A stretch of 64,000 bases of DNA, taken from the NCBI GenBank assembly GCA_027262695.1, contig GCA_027262695.1_4722.1, one strand, 5' to 3'. The notes under the pieces were generated by a model. The model did not search any database. It was not told the DNA's origin and worked only from the letters and a program-made list of their open reading frames with translations. Within the stretch, counting starts at the first letter, position 1. Each line of letters opens with the position of its first letter. Shown one piece after another: positions 40,146-49,191 of this stretch. The DNA is from a phage. Made by a program: the position numbers and the translations under genes.

Positions 40146-40410
40146 TTACACCAGACGGCACAACCACACCAGTACGAATCACTGCTGCGATTTCCTGCAT
40201 CGCTTTGCCTTTCAACGCAAAGGTTTCGTATACAACAGCACGTCGGGTTGTTAAACCCACAAACTTACAGACGACCATGTTGTCTTCTGAAAGATAAGCG
40301 GTTTCCAATTCACCATGTAACAGTTCTTTTTCTCGAGTATCAATGCCCATTAAGGCAATTTGATAGGCAGATAGTTTCCAATAACGCATATTCATCCTAC
40401 TTGTAAACAA
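40096..40410 (-). CDS. hypothetical protein
   Basis: 104-aa ORF; overlaps downstream ORF start, true start uncertain. Confidence 0.4.
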   Translation of the reverse strand: MFTSRMNMRYWKLSAYQIALMGIDTREKELLHGELETAYLSEDNMVVCKFVGLTTRRAVVYETFALKGKAMQEIAAVIRTGVVVPSGVSDDLDEVLHGTRKTAC

Positions 40411-41223
40411 TCAAATATTCCGAAACCGAGTTCCTCGTTTCTACTTTAGCCGAGATCATTCTCCTTACCGTAATCGGATGAAATTCTGATGCGGTACTAT
40501 AGATTTCTTCAACCAATGGGCACGTACTATTACTGATTACGGTAGGGATACCCTGCCTACGAAGTTTGTCGGCCGTTTCTGCAAGGTATCGGTGGTCATC
40601 CAACGTGAATCCTTCCTTGGTATAACCTGTAAAAGAGGCTGTGGTCGAAATAGGGATATACGGCGGGTCGCAATATACGACATCGCCCGATCTCACGTTT
40701 TCGAGGTGTCGTCTAAACCCACCACGTACAATTTCCACCCCCCCCCCCTCTCGACGGTGGTACGAAGATGGTTAGCAGCCGCCCGTAATTCGTATTTCGG
40801 ACAATAGATCGTCTTGTATCGTCCGTGTGCGACGTTAAATAATCCGTTTTGGTTATAGCGACACAAACCATTGAATCCGTAACGGTTCAGGTATATGAAA
40901 CACACCGCACGTTCCCAAGGATCGTTGCTTTGATTAAAACGGTCGCGCACCTCGTAATAACGTTTAACGTCTTCCGGCGCAATTTGGAATAAACGTTCAA
41001 CACCCTCAATGAATTGTTTCGGACATGTCACCAACGCTCTCCAAACATTAAGGATATCCTCGTTAGCATCCCCAATGGAATAACTAGGATATTTCAGTGA
41101 AAGCGTCACCGCACCAGAGCCGACGAACGGTTCAACCAAACGCTTTCCATCCGGCAACACATTCCTAATTTCAGGGATAAGTTTGGTTTTGTTACCCAAC
41201 CATTTAAGAAACGTTTTATTCAT
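40397..41223 (-). CDS. dam: DNA adenine methyltransferase (Dam family), reading frame interrupted inside a G11 homopolymer
   Basis: N-terminal ORF has LKWLGNKTKL and EPFVGSGAV (SAM binding); second ORF in +1 frame has VVYCDPPYIP catalytic motif; frames meet in C11 tract 40738-40748. Confidence 0.8.
40738..40748. repeat. C11 homopolymer (G11 on coding strand) inside dam
   Basis: Eleven consecutive C counted across line break 40738-40748. Confidence 0.9.
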
Positions 41224-41644
41224 CGAGAGACCCCTGCGACCCGATGAACTCGATGCTTATTTCCGTTCGAATCGGGTTGATAAGAATTTCACGTACACGC
41301 TCCAACCATTCGGGATTATCCGTCAGAACAACATCGGCGTATTTCAACGGTGTATGTTCGAACGTATCGGTTGTGCTTACCATCAATACACCGTTAAGTT
41401 CTACGTACAGCGGTATACGTCCACGAATACGTTGCCATGTGTCATGGGTCAGATCTTCGCATTCAAGCGCAATCGCGATGATGGGGCTGATGTTAAGTGG
41501 GAAGCTAGGATGCAACGTGCGGCGAAAGGTCACCCAGTTCTCAACATGAGAAACCGCAAGTTCTATCGAACAACATTTTGGTGGTATCTGAATATGAATT
41601 TGTTGGACAAGTTTATTGGGGTTTTGTACAGACTTATCGGCCAT
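41216..41644 (-). CDS. hypothetical protein
   Basis: 142-aa ORF. Confidence 0.5.
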   Translation of the reverse strand: MADKSVQNPNKLVQQIHIQIPPKCCSIELAVSHVENWVTFRRTLHPSFPLNISPIIAIALECEDLTHDTWQRIRGRIPLYVELNGVLMVSTTDTFEHTPLKYADVVLTDNPEWLERVREILINPIRTEISIEFIGSQGSLDE

Positions 41645-42613
41645 TTACTTTTTCCTGAAAATCAGCGTCGGTAATCCATTTCTTACAGCGTAGTATAACA
41701 CCAATAAGTTAATCTTACCGGCCGATACCGTCAGGGTCTTCTTACGACGCGGTAAACTGATCGGGATCTCGGTGGCGATTTCGCTGACGTTATGGAACGA
41801 TTGAGCATATCGACGCAGTGACGCTTCACCGAGGATCGGTAAGAAGAGATCTTCAGTAAAGGTACTATCGCAAATATACTGGATGTTAATAAGCGGGGGA
41901 TTAAACTCATCCAGGAAATCGAAGAGTTCATCAACGATTTTCAACAGGTTCGCGGGTAATGGAACTTCACGAACATATTTCTGATTCCCTTTCTCAAGTA
42001 GAATCATCGTCATGCAGTAATCCTGGATGATATCAACAACGTCTTGCTGGGTGGTTGCCGCATTTAACAACGTGCAGGCTTCCGACCAGGAGAGTTGTCG
42101 GCGTGTCTCGTAGTAAGACGGTTGTAATACCGCGTAGAACTCACGGAGTAAACGACCAACATCACCACGGGTACGTATCGCTAACTCAACAGCATAACCT
42201 GTCTTTTCAGCATCGCTCAGAATGTCGTTACGCCACAAAACGTAATCGTCAAGCATGCTGCGGTATTTCTCGGTCCAATCAGATGAAAGATAATAACCGA
42301 TTTCTTCAATAAGGACATTTACCTTACCGCCCAATGCCTCGCGACGAGGATCGACCGAAGGCTCGAATGTAAACGGTAATTTAGGTATGCCGAAACCATC
42401 AGCCACGATAACGTCGCTAAGGAAGGTCCCTAATGGCGACCAAGGACCCAGAAGATCCTGATACAGCATGGGGTGCATGCTATTAATCAAGGTGAATCGA
42501 TCATCAAAGAAACGAACGCTTGGGTGCTCGGCGAGCGCAAGTTCCGCGTAGACTTTCTCAAGCTGTATTTTTATTGCGTCCCGTGTTTTATCGATAGGGC
42601 CTATAGAAGCCAT
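41645..42613 (-). CDS. hypothetical protein
   Basis: 322-aa ORF. Confidence 0.55.
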   Translation of the reverse strand: MASIGPIDKTRDAIKIQLEKVYAELALAEHPSVRFFDDRFTLINSMHPMLYQDLLGPWSPLGTFLSDVIVADGFGIPKLPFTFEPSVDPRREALGGKVNVLIEEIGYYLSSDWTEKYRSMLDDYVLWRNDILSDAEKTGYAVELAIRTRGDVGRLLREFYAVLQPSYYETRRQLSWSEACTLLNAATTQQDVVDIIQDYCMTMILLEKGNQKYVREVPLPANLLKIVDELFDFLDEFNPPLINIQYICDSTFTEDLFLPILGEASLRRYAQSFHNVSEIATEIPISLPRRKKTLTVSAGKINLLVLYYAVRNGLPTLIFRKK

Positions 42614-42627
42614 GTCGTATATCCTCG

Positions 42628-42894
42628 TTAAAATGTGCCCATGATAGACAGGGCAACGTGATCTTTACTCGCACGTGCTTGTAAGGACATATCCAGATTG
42701 CCTTTCTTAACACGCCAACGTGCGATCAGTTCTGGCTGCTCGACGGAATATAACCCTTCCCGGTGTTTATTCAACCATTTCGCGATCGGATGCAATTTAT
42801 CGGGATCGACGACACCCAATTCCAATCCGCCTGCCGTCAGTGGTTTAGAATAAAAGTCAAGCGCGTTCCGTAAAAAGTCATCCTCGATACTCAT
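42628..42894 (-). CDS. hypothetical protein
   Basis: 88-aa ORF. Confidence 0.45.
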   Translation of the reverse strand: MSIEDDFLRNALDFYSKPLTAGGLELGVVDPDKLHPIAKWLNKHREGLYSVEQPELIARWRVKKGNLDMSLQARASKDHVALSIMGTF

Positions 42895-43007
42895 CGCAGC
42901 ATACCTACCATGCCGATAACCGCAAACAGTACGCCAACAGCGCTATACGCCAGCAGGACTTTTGCAGCCCACGATTTTATTTCTACGTACTCTTCATTAT
43001 TTACCAT
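42891..43007 (-). CDS. small single-TM protein (38 aa), below ORF-track cutoff
   Basis: Hand-translated MVNNEEYVEIKSWAAKVLLAYSAVGVLFAVIGMVGMLR; GGGGTGA RBS; stop overlaps next start (ATGA). Confidence 0.3.
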   Translation of the reverse strand: MVNNEEYVEIKSWAAKVLLAYSAVGVLFAVIGMVGMLR

Positions 43008-43083
43008 ATTTCACCCCGTTAGGTTATTGTCTGATCTCATACCTTTACCGAAGCGCATCCCCGCCATTAAGACGGGGTGTTTA

Positions 43084-43458
43084 TTACCAGAGACGATTAC
43101 CTTCCTCGTCCCACCAAGCAATCGCTTGCGTCGACTCAAATGAGTGAGGACGTAATGCCATGCCTTTGCGGTCAACGACTAACCGTAATTCGGTACCGAA
43201 CCATTCAATCGAGATAAACAAACCCTTCCGAATGATGGCCTGGTAACCCGATAACCGTTCAAAGAGCCGTTGAAAGATCGTATCGTGTTCACACGACGTT
43301 AACGCTTCTGAATAACGCTGCAGGGATCTTGCATCAACAGGTAACCGTGTTTTACAGTTCCACCACAATACCGCGTACATCAATGCCGCATTACGCAAAC
43401 GTAACGATTGAACCGGTGTGAGTTGTCGTCCTTCAACATCATCAATAATAACATACAT
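43084..43458 (-). CDS. hypothetical protein
   Basis: 124-aa ORF. Confidence 0.45.
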   Translation of the reverse strand: MYVIIDDVEGRQLTPVQSLRLRNAALMYAVLWWNCKTRLPVDARSLQRYSEALTSCEHDTIFQRLFERLSGYQAIIRKGLFISIEWFGTELRLVVDRKGMALRPHSFESTQAIAWWDEEGNRLW

Positions 43459-43464
43459 TGCGTT

Positions 43465-43719
43465 TTATTCCGCGCTTGTTTCCTTAACATGGACACATTC
43501 CGCATCGATAGTCACACCGGTAGAACGATGGGTCTCGCTGGTAGAATCAAATCCGCTGTTGAACAACATGGCGAACGTGTTATTATCCATACGAGCAAAG
43601 GTCTCCGCAATACGATCGGGATGAAAATCGGTGCGGTTGATGGTCGATTTCACAAAAACTCCTATAAACAATTTAATTATTGGTATTAAGATTAAAGCAG
43701 GATCTGCGGACAGCAGCAT
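43465..43719 (-). CDS. hypothetical protein
   Basis: 84-aa ORF overlapping upstream gene end. Confidence 0.35.
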   Translation of the reverse strand: MLLSADPALILIPIIKLFIGVFVKSTINRTDFHPDRIAETFARMDNNTFAMLFNSGFDSTSETHRSTGVTIDAECVHVKETSAE

Positions 43720-44171
43720 GATTCGTAACCACCTTCATGGGGTAACGTATTGCTGGTGTCAGGCCAAACAAGTTGAATACCCGCAACCTTACCATAACGG
43801 ACAACAGCGGTTGTCGCATATTCTTGATTGAAAGCGTCGATATCTTCGATTTCACGTACATCCAAACGAAGGGTTTCACCGGTACCTTTCAGGGTCAGGT
43901 TACCATCAAAAGCACCTAACGGAACGGTCTTTGTTTTGACCATGAAATTACCCAGTTTGTTAATCGCATTACCTAACGCCGGACAATAACCAGATACGAA
44001 GATTTCCGGCATTCCATGTTCGGTTAAACCAACGGTATACATAAAGCCAGGCTCATCGCTTCCTTCATCAGGAGCGACGCCGATGATAGCCCAATGCTTT
44101 TTCTCGATATGTTCTTCAACGAAATCATTCAGTTTGGAGAAATTATTATTAAGTTTAACAACGTTACTCAT
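43692..44171 (-). CDS. hypothetical protein
   Basis: 159-aa ORF. Confidence 0.5.
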   Translation of the reverse strand: MSNVVKLNNNFSKLNDFVEEHIEKKHWAIIGVAPDEGSDEPGFMYTVGLTEHGMPEIFVSGYCPALGNAINKLGNFMVKTKTVPLGAFDGNLTLKGTGETLRLDVREIEDIDAFNQEYATTAVVRYGKVAGIQLVWPDTSNTLPHEGGYESCCCPQILL

Positions 44172-44457
44172 GTTCTTTTTCCTTTAATGCGTTTTCTAAC
44201 CAACGGACGTAGCTTTCACGATAGATGTGAATATGTCTTTTCCCGTCCCGGAAGTTAGGGTCAATGAGGTGGACAGCGGCGCATGTCGACGTCACCGCGT
44301 GCTGAAGATGTTTTCGTGTTAATCGCCCAAGTTTTACCCAGCGTTGAATATACCGTGCGTCTGCCGCTAAACAGGTACGTTCATCGATGAAAGGTACCAA
44401 TACCTGAACGATACTACCGTAATACACCATCGAACTGTTGAACATCTGCGTCTCCAT
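44164..44457 (-). CDS. hypothetical protein
   Basis: 97-aa ORF. Confidence 0.45.
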   Translation of the reverse strand: METQMFNSSMVYYGSIVQVLVPFIDERTCLAADARYIQRWVKLGRLTRKHLQHAVTSTCAAVHLIDPNFRDGKRHIHIYRESYVRWLENALKEKEHE

Positions 44458-44475
44458 GCAAATGGATGGGGCGGA

Positions 44476-44784
44476 TTAGTGAAGAATTACTGTTTGCGAC
44501 CCTTTCTCGTATTCGGTAAGTAACTCGTCGTACCGACGATCAACTACCATGATCGCATTATCGATCTCTGTCATGTCTGATGCAACAGATCGTTTCGCTT
44601 CCAGTCGATATACTAACGCATCACGCATACCCTCAGCTGCAGCGAGTTCGCAAGTTGCTTGATGTTTATTATCCGAAAAGACGAAGAATGGTTTGTTTTC
44701 TTCATCAGCCAAGAAGTAGTCACGAATCGCAACCAACCTTTCTTCTGGAACCAGTTCACAATTGTTTTCGTTCATTTTCATCAT
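44476..44784 (-). CDS. hypothetical protein
   Basis: 102-aa ORF. Confidence 0.45.
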   Translation of the reverse strand: MMKMNENNCELVPEERLVAIRDYFLADEENKPFFVFSDNKHQATCELAAAEGMRDALVYRLEAKRSVASDMTEIDNAIMVVDRRYDELLTEYEKGSQTVILH

Positions 44785-44789
44785 CTCTC

Positions 44790-45122
44790 TTAAAGTTTTA
44801 ACGTATTGACGCCGCTTATAAAGGCGTTGATTTCATTGTCGATGTTACCGGTTTGCTCGATAATCTTCTCCACCATCAATCTTGGTTTGTTATAAGCAAT
44901 ACTTACAGCATCGGGACCATTCCCATACATGCTCGCCACGTAAATTCGAAGTTCTTTTAAACGATCGAGTAACAACTGTGTGATATCCAGAACTTCTTCT
45001 GTAGCGGTCTGTACGTTGCATTCGCGTAACTTGTGCTCTAACAGCGAAGTCGCAGCATCGAGCATGGATGTGTATTTACGGTAGTTATAAATATCAATTA
45101 TAGCTGTCTGATTCATATACAC
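44790..45122 (-). CDS. hypothetical protein
   Basis: 110-aa ORF. Confidence 0.45.
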   Translation of the reverse strand: MYMNQTAIIDIYNYRKYTSMLDAATSLLEHKLRECNVQTATEEVLDITQLLLDRLKELRIYVASMYGNGPDAVSIAYNKPRLMVEKIIEQTGNIDNEINAFISGVNTLKL

Positions 45123-45127
45123 GTTGT

Positions 45128-45496
45128 TTATTTATCGGGGTCTGGAAAATAGTAAAATCGCCAATGCAACATAGAAATCGCATTTCTTATTCGATTCGCA
45201 CGAACACGACGTCCGAGAAAGGACTTGTAGCAAGAATCGCAATCCATAAACAACTCATGGCTCGATTTCATCAGAACCACGATATCTCTTATATACGAAT
45301 TGCAGTACTCGATAAACGGGTCTGTATCGTACGTATATTTCCTCGCACTACCTATCCCCAACTCTCTATTTAACTCACGACAATTTATCATAAGCTTCAC
45401 ATAACGGATAAGCCGAACGAAGTCACGTAAATTACGATTAAACCAATATCGATACCAAAATGACTGTATACTCCGAACAGTTCTATTTAACTTCAT
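45128..45496 (-). CDS. hypothetical protein
   Basis: 122-aa ORF. Confidence 0.45.
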   Translation of the reverse strand: MKLNRTVRSIQSFWYRYWFNRNLRDFVRLIRYVKLMINCRELNRELGIGSARKYTYDTDPFIEYCNSYIRDIVVLMKSSHELFMDCDSCYKSFLGRRVRANRIRNAISMLHWRFYYFPDPDK

Positions 45497-46124
45497 TGAT
45501 ACCTTCTATTAGTTGTACAGCAACTTCTTTTTCGGTGTTATAAAAGAACTTGCGGTGGAACTGAACAAGAAGCTTTTCGAATTTACATTGAACGATCTTT
45601 TTGCGTTCGATGTGACCCAGGGAGAGCAAAGCACCCATGCAACGTACTGCTTGTTCGAGAACTTGTTTCGCGGTATCGTGATCGTCAGGCAACGGTAAAT
45701 CTTCCTCATCATCTTTAGCGATAAGGCGTCTGATGATGTTATCAATACGTATCTCATCACCGTTAATAAAAGCCCCCTTCTCCCAGTCATCGAATCGTTG
45801 ATGGATTCGACGTTGTAAGTTGGCCCTGTCTTCCATTAACTCTTTCAATTGGTTTTCTAAGTTGAATACGGTACGGCGATCTGTTTCAGTGAATCTTTCC
45901 GATTCTTTGTACCACCAATCATTACGCGCTTGTAAGTCATTAATGCGAGATATTGTCCGACGACACTCACTAACAAGCCCATCACCATTCGGTAGCTCTG
46001 TACCGAAATAGCTTTTGTATTTATAACGCATAACGCGGATTAAACGTTTCGCTAGAAAACCTTGTTTTTCCAGTTTCTTCTTCAGCTGTGTATATTTCTC
46101 TTCTTTTGTTTCCATTAATTCCAT
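45483..46124 (-). CDS. hypothetical protein
   Basis: 213-aa ORF. Confidence 0.5.
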   Translation of the reverse strand: MELMETKEEKYTQLKKKLEKQGFLAKRLIRVMRYKYKSYFGTELPNGDGLVSECRRTISRINDLQARNDWWYKESERFTETDRRTVFNLENQLKELMEDRANLQRRIHQRFDDWEKGAFINGDEIRIDNIIRRLIAKDDEEDLPLPDDHDTAKQVLEQAVRCMGALLSLGHIERKKIVQCKFEKLLVQFHRKFFYNTEKEVAVQLIEGINEVK

Positions 46125-46513
46125 GATGTTGTACCTCGTTCAGCAATCAGGAGAGTCGTGGTTGTGCTTTTCACTAATCTATTAAAGTCTTGATATATCC
46201 GCCTGAGGGATTGTTTTAGATCGCAATAACGGCTGAAATAAACCTTCAAGTCATCTTTTGTCACTGTCTCCGTATTTATTTTCGTAGAAACACCGAGATC
46301 GATAAACTCTTTTCTTAATTGGGATAATTCATCAAGAAGTCGATGGTGGCTTAGATAAATAACAGATTTATCGGATAACAACTCGCCGGTTATCCGGCTC
46401 TGGCGTTCATCGAAATATTGGAGCCGCCATTCAATTCGCTTACGTAATTTATCAAGTAAATCAACAAAAGCGGTATAGCTGTTAACGGCTAGGTTAACTT
46501 GACTCGTTATCAT
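46115..46513 (-). CDS. hypothetical protein
   Basis: 132-aa ORF. Confidence 0.45.
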   Translation of the reverse strand: MITSQVNLAVNSYTAFVDLLDKLRKRIEWRLQYFDERQSRITGELLSDKSVIYLSHHRLLDELSQLRKEFIDLGVSTKINTETVTKDDLKVYFSRYCDLKQSLRRIYQDFNRLVKSTTTTLLIAERGTTSWN

Positions 46514-46860
46514 TCCACTTTCTCCGTTATATGCTTTAAACTGTTACGTATGCTTTTCAATCGATGGTTAAATCCGGAACGATAACATTTCCGTACATCC
46601 CGTGCGGCTCGCGCTTTATTCGCCTGATGAAGCTGTTCATTCACCTGCGACGCTATACGTAAACGCTCTAATAAAGACCTCAACCGAACGACAACCAACG
46701 GCTGTTCTTTCACCTTCTCTAGTTTGAGTAAATAGTCAATATGAAACTTTATTTCGATAATCTGATTCCTGTTTTTGCGGTACTGATGAATATACCAACA
46801 TCGACGAAAATAGGCGATGTTTAGCATCGGGTAGATCCTTTTCAACGCTACCTCCAACAA
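46510..46860 (-). CDS. hypothetical protein
   Basis: 116-aa ORF. Confidence 0.45.
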   Translation of the reverse strand: MLEVALKRIYPMLNIAYFRRCWYIHQYRKNRNQIIEIKFHIDYLLKLEKVKEQPLVVVRLRSLLERLRIASQVNEQLHQANKARAARDVRKCYRSGFNHRLKSIRNSLKHITEKVE

Positions 46861-47045
46861 TACATCGGATTAGGCGCTTTATGGTATTTATAGATACCTA
46901 CTTTCTTCTGTTTGTCTTTACCAGGTCCTCGCTTAACGCGTTTGTTGAAAACACGATCCAAATATCGAGTAGCTATAAATCTGGACAAATACACCGGATC
47001 GATATAATCCATGGTACCTGCTTCTGTTTCTTCGAGACACTGCAT
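46848..47045 (-). CDS. hypothetical small basic protein
   Basis: 65-aa ORF, lysine-rich. Confidence 0.35.
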   Translation of the reverse strand: MQCLEETEAGTMDYIDPVYLSRFIATRYLDRVFNKRVKRGPGKDKQKKVGIYKYHKAPNPMYCWR

Positions 47046-47071
47046 CCGTAACTCCTCTTTCCTCTAAGAAA

Positions 47072-47275
47072 TCAATCCAACATAAGCCACGGCATCGCTT
47101 TCACGAGAGAATCCAATGCAACGTCCATGATTCTTCGTTCCGACGTTTGTGTGATGCGTGCCGTAAATCGCTTTCCTTTATTACAACCCTTCTTGTATTT
47201 CCCTTTGATATAACGAACACCAATCGTGTCACGAATAACAAGTTTGGCTACGTCGTAGGGCGATATCTTAGTCAC
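47072..47275 (-). CDS. hypothetical small basic protein
   Basis: 67-aa ORF, lysine-rich. Confidence 0.35.
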   Translation of the reverse strand: MTKISPYDVAKLVIRDTIGVRYIKGKYKKGCNKGKRFTARITQTSERRIMDVALDSLVKAMPWLMLD

Positions 47276-47450
47276 CGTGTTTACCTCAAGTAGAGAAGGT
47301 TATCGGCTTTATTTCTACCTGTCCGTACATCCAGGTGTATCTCGATTTTCCTTTACGAGGACCTTTCTTAAATTTGGTGCTTATCGAAATACGATAACAG
47401 TACGACCAGGTCGCATGATTTATAGTGATCTTGTCCGCCATGCCTTACCC

Positions 47451-47744
47451 TCAGTGCAATTGTTTCTTAAACCCAGCATTAAGGAGCTGGGTTCTTTCAT
47501 CGATAGTATCCAACGTGGTCAATAACAACCTGCGTTGTTCTTTCGTCAACATCTCTCCTTTAAGACGCTGTTCTATTTCTATCTTCAGTAGCATCGGCAT
47601 CGTTTGCGATAGCACGCTATCCGCTTCTATCTCGTAATTATCTTCCGGCGTGGGTAATACATCACTAACACCGACAAGATAATGGCCGATAACGGTCCGT
47701 CGTCTTTCCATTGCCTCCAGCAGTTCGCTGCTCACTTCATCCAC
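47451..47744 (-). CDS. hypothetical protein
   Basis: 97-aa ORF. Confidence 0.45.
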   Translation of the reverse strand: MDEVSSELLEAMERRRTVIGHYLVGVSDVLPTPEDNYEIEADSVLSQTMPMLLKIEIEQRLKGEMLTKEQRRLLLTTLDTIDERTQLLNAGFKKQLH

Positions 47745-47756
47745 GATTATCCTCCT

Positions 47757-47782
47757 TTAAGGGCGAGGTACCTCGCCCTTAA
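47757..47782. repeat. 26-bp perfect palindrome immediately downstream of thyA
   Basis: ttaagggcgaggtacctcgcccttaa. Confidence 0.8.
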
Positions 47783-47787
47783 GATCT

Positions 47788-48084
47788 TTATACCGCTACT
47801 TGTGCTTTAATAGCAGGGTGTGATTGATATCCGACGAACACGAAGTCTTCGTAACGGTAATCCGTGATACTCTCTGGTTTCCGCACAATTTTCAGTTTTG
47901 GTAACGGATACGGCTCACGACTAAGTTGTTCTTTAACCTGTTCGAAGTGGTTATGGTAGATGTGACAATCTCCACCTGTCCACACGAACTCCCCAACGTC
48001 CATATTCAGCTGTTGGGCGATCATGTGTGTCAACAGCGAATATGATGCGATGTTGAACGGAACACCTAAAAATACGTCAGCACT
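47788..48084 (-). CDS. thyA: thymidylate synthase, exon 2
   Basis: Encodes [25 protein letters not shown]...[39 protein letters not shown], the conserved ThyA C-terminal part. Confidence 0.85.
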   Translation of the reverse strand, partial: SADVFLGVPFNIASYSLLTHMIAQQLNMDVGEFVWTGGDCHIYHNHFEQVKEQLSREPYPLPKLKIVRKPESITDYRYEDFVFVGYQSHPAIKAQVAV

Positions 48085-49191
48085 CATTCTGTTCAGATAA
48101 GGTCGTTAGTCTTATCCCGTTATGTTAACCGCTGTAGATTATCTCTACAGTTCGGACTATATCACGATCTCCTTCCCTGGAGACCCCTCCCGTTTCACAC
48201 CCACTTGGGCGTTACGCTACTCATCACTATTTTCATTCATCCGTTTAGTGCTTTCGCTAGTCTCTGGGCATTCTTCTACAAGTCTGTACGATTCAAATTT
48301 GGGATTTTTACTGCCTAATCGATAAAGTATCGTTGCCGGAACAACGCCTAACTGCCGAGCCGCTTCAGTTAGAGAGACGTACTCGATTCCATCGATTTCC
48401 ACTTTACGTGCGTTAAGTGGAATATTCCCTCTATTCCTTTCGGCGATGAGACGGCGCGTTTCTTCGCTATGATGTCGACCATAGAACGGATTCCTTTCTC
48501 CGGTTCTGGTTTTCGCAAACTCCGACATCTTTCGACGTGTTTCGTCACTGACTTTTACCCCTAAACGTCTCGCTCTGGATGCAGCAATATTCTCAGGAGT
48601 ACACACTTTTTGTCGAATGAGTTCACGTGTTTCAGGCGTATGTGTTCGACCATACATCCCGTTACGTTCACCGGGTTTTCCGTACACTATACGACGCTCC
48701 TCTGCTGTTAAGGATGCGTTTCTTTTGTTAACAGCATAAGCTATCTTATCGATTATTTTGTCACGGTCTGGGTTTCTGGTGAGGTTGTCTCCGCCTACGA
48801 CACCCAACCCAATATTAAGCAAAGCTTCATTCGGTAGACAGTCAATGAACTTCTGCTCTAAAGCATATGCTTCTTCACGAGAAGCGCATTCATCGACCGT
48901 AACCGAGATAAAGCAGCCCTTATTATAGGCATTTTGTAATCGACTGTTTCGATGAACACCGCGACGCAAATTCGATTTGTGATCCACTAAGCGTTGCTTT
49001 AAATTGTTGGTACTACCAACATAGACATCACCATCTTGGGTACATAACCGATATACTACTGGTTTTTTCATACTGCCTCCTTTATAAGAGAGACAGACAT
49101 GTAGAAGGTTAGCAACGGATTAGCCCGTAGGCTTTCCCGTTTTAAGGAGGTTATTCGACGTAGCTCACGCTACGAAGGCGCAGTTGCATTT
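48085..49191 (-). mobile_element. group I-type intron in thyA carrying a homing endonuclease gene (boundaries inferred)
   Basis: ThyA frame broken after QLYQR (codon CGU ending at 49192) and resumed at SADVFLG (48084); intron last nucleotide G at 48085; internal GIY-YIG ORF. Confidence 0.7.
48217..49071 (-). CDS. GIY-YIG homing endonuclease (I-TevI-like) with NUMOD-type repeats and C-terminal HTH
   Basis: 284 aa; VVYRL...DVYVGSTNNLKQRLVDHKS...NSRLQNAYNK GIY-YIG motifs; repeated G.HTPETRELI and GRHHSEETRRLI modules. Confidence 0.8.
   Translation of the reverse strand: MKKPVVYRLCTQDGDVYVGSTNNLKQRLVDHKSNLRRGVHRNSRLQNAYNKGCFISVTVDECASREEAYALEQKFIDCLPNEALLNIGLGVVGGDNLTRNPDRDKIIDKIAYAVNKRNASLTAEERRIVYGKPGERNGMYGRTHTPETRELIRQKVCTPENIAASRARRLGVKVSDETRRKMSEFAKTRTGERNPFYGRHHSEETRRLIAERNRGNIPLNARKVEIDGIEYVSLTEAARQLGVVPATILYRLGSKNPKFESYRLVEECPETSESTKRMNENSDE

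Noticed and set aside
40397-41223. Annotating dam as two independent genes
   Set aside because: The two ORFs carry complementary halves of one Dam fold and join within a homopolymer; a single interrupted gene is the simpler reading.
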